This document shows, one piece after another, positions 17,028 to 25,560 of a stretch of DNA of 32,000 bases. The stretch is taken from the NCBI GenBank assembly GCA_001766815.1, contig LYOS01000002.1, positions 90,001-122,000 of the forward strand, given 5' to 3'. The DNA is from Candidatus Syntropharchaeum caldarium (GTDB lineage Archaea; Halobacteriota; Syntropharchaeia; Syntropharchaeales; Syntropharchaeaceae). How positions within the stretch are numbered: the stretch's first letter is position 1; every line of letters begins with the position of its first letter. The translations under genes were made by a program, and so were the position numbers. Below the pieces are notes generated by a model. That model worked only from the letters and a program-made list of their open reading frames with translations, was not told where the DNA came from and made no database searches.

Positions 17028-17480
17028 CTATCGCAACAATCCTCTATCAATCGCCTGATCGATCAGCTCTGCAATTTCGTCAGCACACGCCCTGAAATCA
17101 TCGATACCACCACCATATGGATCGAATATGTCAAGTGGTTCATCGGTTCCAAGCGCAAACCCTTTGAGCGTATAGAGATTAGATGAGAGTTTAAGCTCAG
17201 ATTTAAGGACATTATAGACATATTTATCGAGCGCGAAGATATAGGATGCTTTTTTTGCCATCCATCGCTCAAATGGCTTTCTCCTATGGTTAGATATATC
17301 TATTCCACGCTCTTTCATCACCTGTATCGCATAAGGATCTGCTTTACCCCCAGATGCACCGATGCCAGCAGAGAGAACATCCAGATCACTCCCATCAAGG
17401 ATCGAACTCAAAATACCCTCTGCCATCGGGCTTCTGCACATATTTCCGTAACAGACAAAGACGATCGTCTTCTTCGCCAT
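17028..17480 (-). CDS. Low-molecular-weight protein-tyrosine phosphatase
   Basis: P-loop VCYGNMCRSP (C-x5-R-S) and an Asp loop (FDPYGG), 150 aa. Confidence 0.9.
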   Translation of the reverse strand: MAKKTIVFVCYGNMCRSPMAEGILSSILDGSDLDVLSAGIGASGGKADPYAIQVMKERGIDISNHRRKPFERWMAKKASYIFALDKYVYNVLKSELKLSSNLYTLKGFALGTDEPLDIFDPYGGGIDDFRACADEIAELIDQAIDRGLLR

Positions 17481-17752
17481 CCACTCACCCTGTTTACGGT
17501 TGTATGCTTATTCTTTCATCACATCTTTTATATATTTTGGAAGATGGCGAGATGATGAGCTGGGCATTATCGTGCGGGACTGGCTGGTTTTGATAGGGCT
17601 GATATGATCGATAAGATTATATACCATAAGAGGTGACTAAAATAAAGTTTACAATGTATAACGCATTCCCTTACAAAAACTCGCTAAAAACAACATCAAT
17701 TGCTTAAATAAATTGTCTTCATTTAATCCATAACTGGATGAGGTGGTATCAA

Positions 17753-18424
17753 ATGAGCATGGATGATCTGGATGAGCTAATGTCATATTTTGATGATTTT
17801 GAGATAGATTTAGATCTGGTCGAGCGTTACACCGATTTCAATTCAATTCCAAAGGTTGAACACCAGTATTTCTTTGAGACTGACGGGGATGAGCTTCCAA
17901 GAATTATCGGTGAGAATCCAGATTCTTTTTTTGTCGCGATACCCTATTGTGCAAAGCCAGAAAATTGCCCCGAAGAACGTGATTCAGATAGGTGCACGCC
18001 TGATTGTGAGGTTGATTGCCAATTAAAAGAGATTCATATATTAACAAAAAAACTCGGATCAGATTTTTTTATAATTAGATCTGATGATGAATATATTCAA
18101 TATATGATTCATAAGAAAGAAAAAATTAAAGAGGGAACATTATATCAACTCACCTGGGGGTGCCCGATGACCATAAAGGCGTTTCTTCCTGTAGTAGCAG
18201 GCATTGGTACAAGAGGAATTGGAATGGAACTAACAGGACCTGTCTGTGATAAGTCATCTGATTACACACATTCAATCAAGAACATTAAGAGAAAACGAAC
18301 ATTTCTTGGCGGGATTGATACTGCAAAATTATATCTTAAAAAAGCGATTGAGATAAAGGAACAAAGGCACATAGAATTAGATATACTCGTGGATACAGAA
18401 ATTTCATCAACAGCAAAAGTATAA
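17753..18424 (+). CDS. Cysteine-rich soluble protein, DUF116-like, function unknown
   Basis: GAGGTGG lies 6 nt before ATG 17753; the tracked ORF starts at 17738. The pattern IPYCAKPENCP...C..DC.VDC.L.EI......G...FII....WGCP.....G.ELTGPVC resembles my memory of the DUF116 Cys pattern, but the usual N-terminal TM region is replaced by an acidic segment. Confidence 0.55.
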   Translation: MSMDDLDELMSYFDDFEIDLDLVERYTDFNSIPKVEHQYFFETDGDELPRIIGENPDSFFVAIPYCAKPENCPEERDSDRCTPDCEVDCQLKEIHILTKKLGSDFFIIRSDDEYIQYMIHKKEKIKEGTLYQLTWGCPMTIKAFLPVVAGIGTRGIGMELTGPVCDKSSDYTHSIKNIKRKRTFLGGIDTAKLYLKKAIEIKEQRHIELDILVDTEISSTAKV

Positions 18425-18658
18425 CCGTTCCATATCTTCTCCTGCAACCAGGGCACATCATGAACAGATCGATTAATCCTGTAAAAATACTTAAATAACT
18501 TTAAAAGAAAAAAGATTACAGTATCGTCGATCAGGGGCTGGATCATGCTTGCTTAAAAGGGGGGGTAGCGCATAGCAGCGGAAAAAAAGAAGAATTCTTT
18601 AACGAGGGGCATTCTCAAAACAATAACTGATAGTAGTACATTTTTAATTCCAGATCTT

Positions 18659-21600
18659 GTGATGGGGCTGGGGGTATTTCTTGTAGCACTCTATGTTATA
18701 CTGGAGATTCTAATAAATGGTGTATCAGCACTGAGATCCTCAATTATTGCCGATCCAATCATCCCTTTCACTCTATTTCTGGTCACATCACTGTTCTTTG
18801 CTGTTGGTTACCTTCTGAGGCTACTGGTTCCGAATCAAGCAGTGGCACAGATGGTGACAGATTATTATGAACATGTACTGGGGGACACAAATCAGAGTGT
18901 TTCCATTATAGACCGAGAATACAGGATTAAGTTCCAGAACGGTGCGGCCACAAACATATTTGGGAATGCTGTTGGAGGTATATGTTATGCGGTATATTTT
19001 GGGAGGGACAGTCCATGCGAGGATTGTATGCTCCGGGATGTAATAGACCGATATAAACGCTTCACAAGCCTCAGAGAGCTTCAAGATGGCAGGAGATTCG
19101 AAGTCATCCTCACACCATTTGTGACCCGTGACGGGAGTATCGTTGCTGTTGAGATGATAAAGGATAAGATAGAGGAGGAAGTGGATGACAATGTCCTGAA
19201 GAAAGACCGCGATTATCTTGATGAGCTTGTCAGGGAGCGAACTGCTGAGCTGGCAATAGCCAATGAAGAGCTCAAAAAGGAGATCGCCGAGCGCAAGCAG
19301 ATTGAGGAGAAGGCCGCTGAGCGAGAAAAGGAGCTTCGGGTTATAGCTGAGTCATCGCTGGATGTCATCTTTGTCCTCTCAAAGACTGGAAAGATTCTGT
19401 ACATAAGCCCCTCTGCAAAAGAGCTTTTCGGGTATGAAGCAGATGAGATTATTGGCACTTCTTTTACTAAATATGTACCTAAAGGCGAGTTGCCCAGATA
19501 CTGGAAGACGTTGAAAAACGAAGTCCTTCGCGATAAGAAGGTTAGAAGCTTTAGAACGTACGTGAAACATCGTGACGGTCATCTAACGCCTGTTGAGATC
19601 ACTGGACAGCTGGTGAGAAGAGAAGGTAAGCTTGTTGCCCAGGGAACGGTTAGAGACATCACCGAGCGGATGCAGTATGAGGAAGAGTTGAAGAAGCATC
19701 GTGATCATCTCGATGAGCTTGTCAGGGAGCGAACCGCTGAGCTGGCAATAGCCAATGAACAGCTTAAAAATGAGATTGCTGAGCGCAAGCAGATTGAGAA
19801 AAAGATGATCGAGAAAGAAAAGGAGCTTCGGGTTATAGCCGAGTCATCGCTGGATGTCATCTTTGTTCTCTCAAAGACCGGAAAGTTTTTGTATATAAGT
19901 CCCTCTGCAAAAGAGCTTTTCGGGTATGAAGCAGATGAGATGATTGGCACTTCTTTTACTAAATATGTACCTAAAGGCGAGTTGCCCAGATACTGGAAGA
20001 CGTTGAAAAGCGAAGTCCTCCGTGATAAGAAGGTCAGAAGCTTTAGAACGTACGTGAAACATCGTGACGGTCATCTAACGCCTGTTGAGATCACTGGACA
20101 GCTGGTGAGGAGAGAGGGTAAAATTGTTGCTCAGGGGACGACGCGAGACATCACCGAGCGGATGCAGTATGAGGAAGAGTTGAAGAAGCACCGTGATCAT
20201 CTCGATGAGCTTGTCAGGGAGCGAACCGCCCAATTAACCGCGGCCAATGAACAACTTCAGGCGAGTGAGAGCGAAATAAAGGCGATAATCGAGAACGTTA
20301 ATGATATAATTTTCCAACTTTCTCCAACGGGTTACATTCAGTATGTTAGCCCAAATGTAGAAAAACTATATGGCTGGAAACTTGAAGATCTTATCGGGAA
20401 ATACCTGACCAAAACAACCCCCCTGAATGATGTGCCAAGAGTTCTTGGAGTATTAAAGCGTGTTTTATCAGGAGAAGTGGTCAAAAACTTCGAGCTACAT
20501 CAGAAGAATGCTCACGGAGAGCTTGTTCCAATGGAGGTCAATCTATCTCCCGTTAAAAAGGATGGCAGGATAACTGGAATGCAGGGGGTGATGCGGGATA
20601 TCACCGAGCGCAAAGAAGCAGAATTACTCTACCGCACAATCATCGATGCAGCATCACTGGCGAAGGAGGGTTTTGCACTGGTACAGGATGTTGACGGGAT
20701 CGAGGGGAGGCATGTCTTTGTTAACGACTACTACTGTGAGCTTACCGGATATACGAAAGAAGAGCTCTACCAGATGTCCTGCCATGCCATGATACACCCT
20801 TCAGTCAGGGATGAGGTTGTGGAACGATACAGGAGAAAGATGGCTGGTGAGAAACTTCCATCATATCATGAGTTTGAGTGGATAAAGAAGAACGGGGAGG
20901 TCATAACCGTAGGCTTGAGCAGTGCTGTTACAAATTTTAAGGGCAAACCAGCGTTTCTCTATTACTTCAGGGATATAACAGAAGAGAAAAAGCTAAAAGA
21001 AGAGATCAAACGTGGAAGAGCATTTCTTACCAGTGTTCTTTCAAGCATGAATGATATGGTTGCTATAATGGATGTACATGGGAACATTATGCGAATCAAT
21101 CATGCAGCAGAAGAAAAACTTGGGTTTATGAATGAAGACGTTACTGGTTTGAAGTTCAATGAGGTTGGCTGGTTTGATGGGCATCTCAGAGATGAGATTG
21201 AGCCTTACTTTGGCGAGGTTGCGGCGGGGAAGAATATTGAAGGACACGAAATCACACTAACAACAGCAGATGGCAGATCAATCCCATCTCTATTCTCAAT
21301 GTCACCGATCGTGGATAGATCGTCCAGCGAGGTTCTTGGACTTGTAGCTCAGGTAATAGATATATCAGAGCTTAAAAAGTTTAGCAACGAACTTCTTCAC
21401 CAGAAGGAGGAGCTTGTTAAGATGACCACTGAGCTCGAGTCCTCGAAGGCGTATCTTGAGACTCTGATCGATACAATTCCCTCGGCACTCTTCACCATAG
21501 ATACAGAGCAGAATATCACGCTCTGGAATCGTGCAGCAGAGGAGATAACAGGGTATAAAAAAGATGAGATGCTCGGTAAGAACTGTCGTATCATTGGAAG

Positions 21601-22960
21601 TGCTGACTGCTCTGAGATATGTACATTTCTGGATGTCACGGCCCCAAAACCTGTAACAGGAAAAGAATGCACGATTAGATCCAGGAATGGTAATATGATA
21701 ACCATCTCCACAAATGTCAATAATCTGAGGGATCTGTCTGGCAATATAATCGGAGTAATTGTGAGTTTCATCGATATAACCGAGAAAAAAGAGGCGGCAA
21801 GAATCATTGAGGCATCTGAAGCTAAGTTCAGGACGCTGGTTGAGAACCTGCATGCGGGCGTATTCAGGAGTACGGTCGAGGGTGAATACATCGAGGCAAA
21901 TCCTGCTATGACCAAGATACTCAAATCTCTGACGAAGTCAGAACTCACCAGATCGAACGTTCTGGATCTACTTTTTACAGGAGAGGCACGCGAAGAGATC
22001 TGTTCCAGGCTGAGGAAGGAGGGGGAAATTACGGGTTATGAGGTGCCGATAGAGACGATCGATGGAGGAGAGAAGCGATGGATCTCGGTTTCAATGAGGT
22101 GTGTGAACGGAAGGGATGCCCAGTACATCGATGGGGTCGTCGAGGATGTTACACGACAGAAGCATTACGCCGAAGAGCTTGAGCATGAGATCGAGATGGC
22201 GACATGTGAGCTCAAAAATGATAAGATGGAGCTTTCAAAAGCCTTCAATGAGCTGAAAGAGCTTGATGAATTGAAGACGCAGTTCTTCTCGAACATCTCA
22301 CACGAACTCAAAACCCCACTGACCGTGATAAAGGCGCATCTACACTTCCTGAAAACCGGGAAGCTTGGTAAATTGACCGAGAAAATGGCAAAATCGGTCG
22401 ATGTGGCAGCGAGGGAAGCGGTTGATCTTGAAGATCTTGTTGAAACGATCCTCGATCTTGCAAGACTTGATTCAGGAACTTTCAAGCTCAACCTTCTTGA
22501 GACTGCTATCAGTGATGTGGCAGCGGATCTTGTTGACAGGATGAGAAAGAAAGCGGAAGAAGAAGGGCAGAACCTGGTACTCGAGGTTGATGGTGAGATC
22601 CCGAAGCGATTGATTGATCCGAAACGGATGAAACAGGTGCTCATGAACCTTGTATCAAACTCGATAAAGTATAACCCTGAGGGTACCACAACAACGATTA
22701 AAATATATACTGACTCAAAGAACATTATCATAGACGTCACTGATGACGGTGTTGGTATCGAAAAGAAAGATCTTGAAAAGATATTTGATAGGTTCTACCA
22801 GGTTGATGGCAGCACCACTCGATCTGGTAGCGGGACCGGGATCGGACTCTCGATCGTAAAGGAGCTTGTTACGCTTCACGGTGGAGAGATCACAGTTGAA
22901 AGTGAGGTTGGTGCTGGTAGCACCTTCAGCGTCCTGCTCCCGATAGATTGGAAAGCTTAA
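18659..22960 (+). CDS. Membrane-anchored multi-PAS sensor histidine kinase (about 8 PAS-like modules, HisKA, HATPase_c)
   Basis: Two N-terminal TM helices, then repeated PAS modules separated by ERTAEL...NE.L..EI.ERK coiled-coil linkers. H-box FFSNISHELKTPL, N box LMNLVSNSIKY, G boxes DDGVGI and GTGIGLSIV. The start may be ATG 18662. Confidence 0.95.
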   Translation: MMGLGVFLVALYVILEILINGVSALRSSIIADPIIPFTLFLVTSLFFAVGYLLRLLVPNQAVAQMVTDYYEHVLGDTNQSVSIIDREYRIKFQNGAATNIFGNAVGGICYAVYFGRDSPCEDCMLRDVIDRYKRFTSLRELQDGRRFEVILTPFVTRDGSIVAVEMIKDKIEEEVDDNVLKKDRDYLDELVRERTAELAIANEELKKEIAERKQIEEKAAEREKELRVIAESSLDVIFVLSKTGKILYISPSAKELFGYEADEIIGTSFTKYVPKGELPRYWKTLKNEVLRDKKVRSFRTYVKHRDGHLTPVEITGQLVRREGKLVAQGTVRDITERMQYEEELKKHRDHLDELVRERTAELAIANEQLKNEIAERKQIEKKMIEKEKELRVIAESSLDVIFVLSKTGKFLYISPSAKELFGYEADEMIGTSFTKYVPKGELPRYWKTLKSEVLRDKKVRSFRTYVKHRDGHLTPVEITGQLVRREGKIVAQGTTRDITERMQYEEELKKHRDHLDELVRERTAQLTAANEQLQASESEIKAIIENVNDIIFQLSPTGYIQYVSPNVEKLYGWKLEDLIGKYLTKTTPLNDVPRVLGVLKRVLSGEVVKNFELHQKNAHGELVPMEVNLSPVKKDGRITGMQGVMRDITERKEAELLYRTIIDAASLAKEGFALVQDVDGIEGRHVFVNDYYCELTGYTKEELYQMSCHAMIHPSVRDEVVERYRRKMAGEKLPSYHEFEWIKKNGEVITVGLSSAVTNFKGKPAFLYYFRDITEEKKLKEEIKRGRAFLTSVLSSMNDMVAIMDVHGNIMRINHAAEEKLGFMNEDVTGLKFNEVGWFDGHLRDEIEPYFGEVAAGKNIEGHEITLTTADGRSIPSLFSMSPIVDRSSSEVLGLVAQVIDISELKKFSNELLHQKEELVKMTTELESSKAYLETLIDTIPSALFTIDTEQNITLWNRAAEEITGYKKDEMLGKNCRIIGSADCSEICTFLDVTAPKPVTGKECTIRSRNGNMITISTNVNNLRDLSGNIIGVIVSFIDITEKKEAARIIEASEAKFRTLVENLHAGVFRSTVEGEYIEANPAMTKILKSLTKSELTRSNVLDLLFTGEAREEICSRLRKEGEITGYEVPIETIDGGEKRWISVSMRCVNGRDAQYIDGVVEDVTRQKHYAEELEHEIEMATCELKNDKMELSKAFNELKELDELKTQFFSNISHELKTPLTVIKAHLHFLKTGKLGKLTEKMAKSVDVAAREAVDLEDLVETILDLARLDSGTFKLNLLETAISDVAADLVDRMRKKAEEEGQNLVLEVDGEIPKRLIDPKRMKQVLMNLVSNSIKYNPEGTTTTIKIYTDSKNIIIDVTDDGVGIEKKDLEKIFDRFYQVDGSTTRSGSGTGIGLSIVKELVTLHGGEITVESEVGAGSTFSVLLPIDWKA
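19211..20228 (+). repeat. In-frame tandem duplication, period 492 bp (about 2.07 copies), of a linker plus PAS module inside the kinase gene
   Basis: Units start at 19211, 19703 and 20195 (gat(t/c)atct(t/c)gatgagcttgtcagggagcgaac...). The two full 164-aa copies differ at 12 residues, counted from the supplied translation. Confidence 0.95.
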
Positions 22961-22985
22961 GGGGGGATAAAATCTGGCACGGGTA

Positions 22986-23360
22986 ATGGCAGTGGACGAT
23001 GATCCACGAATTAGAGAGGTACTTGAGATGCTCTTCACGATGGAGGGCATCGATGTGGCTGTGGCATCAGGTGGAGAAGAAGCGATCGAGATTCTTGAAA
23101 ATGAGGGTGAAAATATCGATCTACTTCTGCTTGACATAATGATGCCTAAGATGGACGGATGGGACGTTGTTAGAGAGTTACAGGCTCGTGGATGGACAAA
23201 CAGGCTACTGATAGCAATGCTCACCGCAAAAGGTGACCCAGGTGATAAAGCGGCAGGACTCGATGAGTACGTTTTTGACTACATTACAAAGCCTTTTGAT
23301 CCGGATGAACTTGTCAGGCGCGTAAAGGATTTTCTTGAAGTCATGGATGCGGCAAAATAA
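22986..23360 (+). CDS. Stand-alone response-regulator receiver (CheY-like)
   Basis: An acidic DDD run at the end of beta1, phospho-acceptor context LLLLDIMMPKMDG, and conserved T and K (MLTAKGD, ITKPF). Confidence 0.9.
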   Translation: MAVDDDPRIREVLEMLFTMEGIDVAVASGGEEAIEILENEGENIDLLLLDIMMPKMDGWDVVRELQARGWTNRLLIAMLTAKGDPGDKAAGLDEYVFDYITKPFDPDELVRRVKDFLEVMDAAK

Positions 23361-23375
23361 GCAGGAGAAGTTGAT

Positions 23376-23957
23376 ATGCCAGCAGAGAATGTGGTTGCTA
23401 TTGGCTCTTCCACGGGAGGTCTTGTTGCATTGAAGGAGATCTTAAGCCAGCTACCAGATAAGTTTGATGCTGCGATTGTGATCGTTCAGCACATGCCTGG
23501 CTTTATATCAAAGTCGATCGTAAACACACTGGGAGAGGTAACAAAACACACGGTTAAACTTGCGGAGGATGGCGAGGTACTCACCCCTGGCGTTATTTAT
23601 CTCGCACCTGGCGGCGATAAGCATCTTATCGTGGAGAATCGCAGTATCATGCTGGTTGATGGTGAGAAGGTCAACTTCTGCAGACCGTCTGTGGATGTGA
23701 TGATGAACTCGGTGGCCGAGGAGTTCGAGGAAAGGACGATCGGTGTGATTTTAACAGGTATGGGACATGATGGTGCAATGGGTATAGTCAAGATAAAAGA
23801 ACATGGGGGATACACGATTGCACAGGATAAGGTAACATCAGCCGTATTTGGAATGCCGGGGGCCGCCATTAATACAGGAAAGATCGATCGTGTATTACCA
23901 TCCTACATGATCGCACCAGAGTTTACCTCGATCATTGAACAGAGAACATTCACATGA
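23376..23957 (+). CDS. cheB: CheB-type protein-glutamate methylesterase/deamidase catalytic domain, no fused receiver
   Basis: Catalytic triad contexts are IGSSTGG (Ser), IVQHMP (His) and TGMGHDG (Asp), with a C-terminal FGMPGAAI. AGGAG lies 8 nt upstream of the ATG. Confidence 0.9.
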   Translation: MPAENVVAIGSSTGGLVALKEILSQLPDKFDAAIVIVQHMPGFISKSIVNTLGEVTKHTVKLAEDGEVLTPGVIYLAPGGDKHLIVENRSIMLVDGEKVNFCRPSVDVMMNSVAEEFEERTIGVILTGMGHDGAMGIVKIKEHGGYTIAQDKVTSAVFGMPGAAINTGKIDRVLPSYMIAPEFTSIIEQRTFT

Positions 23958-23971
23958 AGTGGTATATAGGA

Positions 23972-24043
23972 AGCCAAGGTCCGGATTCGAACCGGAGTAT
24001 AGTCGCTCTGCAGGCGACCGCGTAACCACTCTGCCACCTTGGC
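23972..24043 (-). tRNA. tRNA-Cys (anticodon GCA)
   Basis: Reverse complement folds with acceptor GCCAAGG/CCTTGGC, anticodon stem GTCGC/GCGAC with loop CTGCAGA, and T arm TCCGG-TTCGAAT-CCGGA. The D stem pairs poorly in my hand fold. Confidence 0.85.
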
Positions 24044-24073
24044 GCCTTGTATCGTTATGTCGTCCTTAATTTA

Positions 24074-25012
24074 TCAGGGAGATATATAAGATTGGCGATC
24101 TTTCGCACCTCCACTTAAAAAGCCTGCAGCATCTTCTGGGGGAACTGTGAGAATATAGATACCTGTATTAAGCTCAAAACCTGCCTTGATCGATAATCTT
24201 GGGAGAATTCTTATATTGAGATGATAATTCTCTCCTATTGTCTGCAAAAAATGGTAGTTATAGGGTGGATCATCAAGTACAGTCTTGAGGCGCTTCAAAA
24301 CGTCCCTGAGGATCATTGAGAGTGAGGTGGTCTGCTTTGAATCCATGTATGTGAGATTATTTATATGTGATTTCGGAACAATCCAGACCTCAAACGGTGT
24401 TTCTGAATAGAATGGTGCAAACGCGAGCCATTCACGATCCTCGATTATCACACGTGATGACCCCGATTCCTTCTCAACAATCGAACAGTATGGGCAGTGA
24501 TCAAGCTGTTTAATGACGTTGCGTTCGGTATCAAGCTCTGGTGGCATTATTGGAACCGCGATCAACTGCGTGTGTGAGTGATAAATGGATGCACCAGCCG
24601 CTTTCCCGTAATTCTTGAAGAGCGAGACGTACGCAATTGTATCTTTTCGAGCATAGGTATCAAACCTCTCTCGATAGACATCCACTAAAAGGTGCATCTC
24701 TTCATCAGTAAAATCTGCCGGTGATCTGTCGTGGCTTGCAGTATCAACGATCACCTCATGGTAGCCATCAGGTGGACTAAGAGCTGGATAAAGGTTTTCA
24801 AAACAACGCAGGTCCCACTCATGCTCTTTGTTGAGTCGATAAACCGCTGTTTCAGGTGGGGTCATATTCTCGTTACCCATGCAGAACGGACAGTCCTTTG
24901 ACGAAGTTCTTATTCGTTCTCTCTCACCTGCAAAGTCCTGGGGTCGCTTTGCCCGCATGGATGCAAGAATACAGTACCTCTTCAGGAAGTAGTGTCGACG
25001 TATCTCGACCAT
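24074..25012 (-). CDS. Galactose-1-phosphate uridylyltransferase-family (HIT superfamily) nucleotidyltransferase
   Basis: N-terminal zinc motif CPFCMGNE, active-site H-x-H-x-Q (YHSHTQLI), and a second half-domain of about 312 aa total. Confidence 0.85.
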   Translation of the reverse strand: MVEIRRHYFLKRYCILASMRAKRPQDFAGERERIRTSSKDCPFCMGNENMTPPETAVYRLNKEHEWDLRCFENLYPALSPPDGYHEVIVDTASHDRSPADFTDEEMHLLVDVYRERFDTYARKDTIAYVSLFKNYGKAAGASIYHSHTQLIAVPIMPPELDTERNVIKQLDHCPYCSIVEKESGSSRVIIEDREWLAFAPFYSETPFEVWIVPKSHINNLTYMDSKQTTSLSMILRDVLKRLKTVLDDPPYNYHFLQTIGENYHLNIRILPRLSIKAGFELNTGIYILTVPPEDAAGFLSGGAKDRQSYISP

Positions 25013-25560
25013 TATAGTGCTCGCTTGAGTTCCACCACCTTGAGACTCCTCTCATCCATGCAGCTGTCCTGAAGATCTCCCAGCACATTAAGGATGGTGT
25101 ATTTATCGCCGATGATTAACCCCGGTGGAAAACAGAATTCTCTAAACCTGCAATCTACGAACCTGCAATTCTTTGGATTGAATACGATCTTTGATCGATC
25201 AAAACAGTTCTTTGAATCTATTGCAGCCCTGATAGTAGGTTCTACAACCTCGACAGCGATCACACCACCATCATGGATCGGACAATCATGTCCTGTTCCG
25301 CTTCTAACCTTAACAATCCTGTATCGCCTGCCTTCATCGAGATTTGTGCAGCTGCTTCTCATACGGCAATTTACACATTCATCAGGAGTTGCATTGAATA
25401 CAAATTCAATCCCTTCTCGTGCAAGTTTCATCCCGATCAGGGTTACAATTATATCAGCCTCACTCACATCAGTCTCAGCTTCATCATCTTCTTTGAATCG
25501 TTCCCATATATCAAGATCTGATCTCTCAGATTCATCAATCTCTGTAGCCATTTTTATCAC
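25012..25560 (-). CDS. UPF0179-family cysteine-rich archaeal protein
   Basis: The core TLIGMKLAREGIEFVF....ECVNCR....C.NL..GRRY.IV.VR...H.C..H matches my memory of UPF0179. The tracked ORF adds a 31-aa acidic N-terminus that overlaps egsA. An in-frame GTG at 25467 would give a family-typical 151 aa. Confidence 0.7.
   Translation of the reverse strand: MIKMATEIDESERSDLDIWERFKEDDEAETDVSEADIIVTLIGMKLAREGIEFVFNATPDECVNCRMRSSCTNLDEGRRYRIVKVRSGTGHDCPIHDGGVIAVEVVEPTIRAAIDSKNCFDRSKIVFNPKNCRFVDCRFREFCFPPGLIIGDKYTILNVLGDLQDSCMDERSLKVVELKRAL

Noticed and set aside
19213-20074. Paired minus-strand ORFs (19213..19458 / 19705..19950 and 19379..19582 / 19871..20074) that look like a duplicated gene family
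   Set aside because: They are antisense images of the 492-bp tandem duplication inside the kinase gene, not independent genes.
19211-20228. The 492-bp direct repeats as a CRISPR array, satellite or mobile-element terminus
   Set aside because: The repeat units are contiguous with no spacers, are far longer than CRISPR repeats, and keep the kinase reading frame and PAS domain structure intact.
21365-22740. Long minus-strand ORFs (162, 183 and 191 aa) inside the kinase gene
   Set aside because: They are Ser-rich antisense frames within a gene whose HisKA and HATPase motifs are unambiguous on the plus strand.
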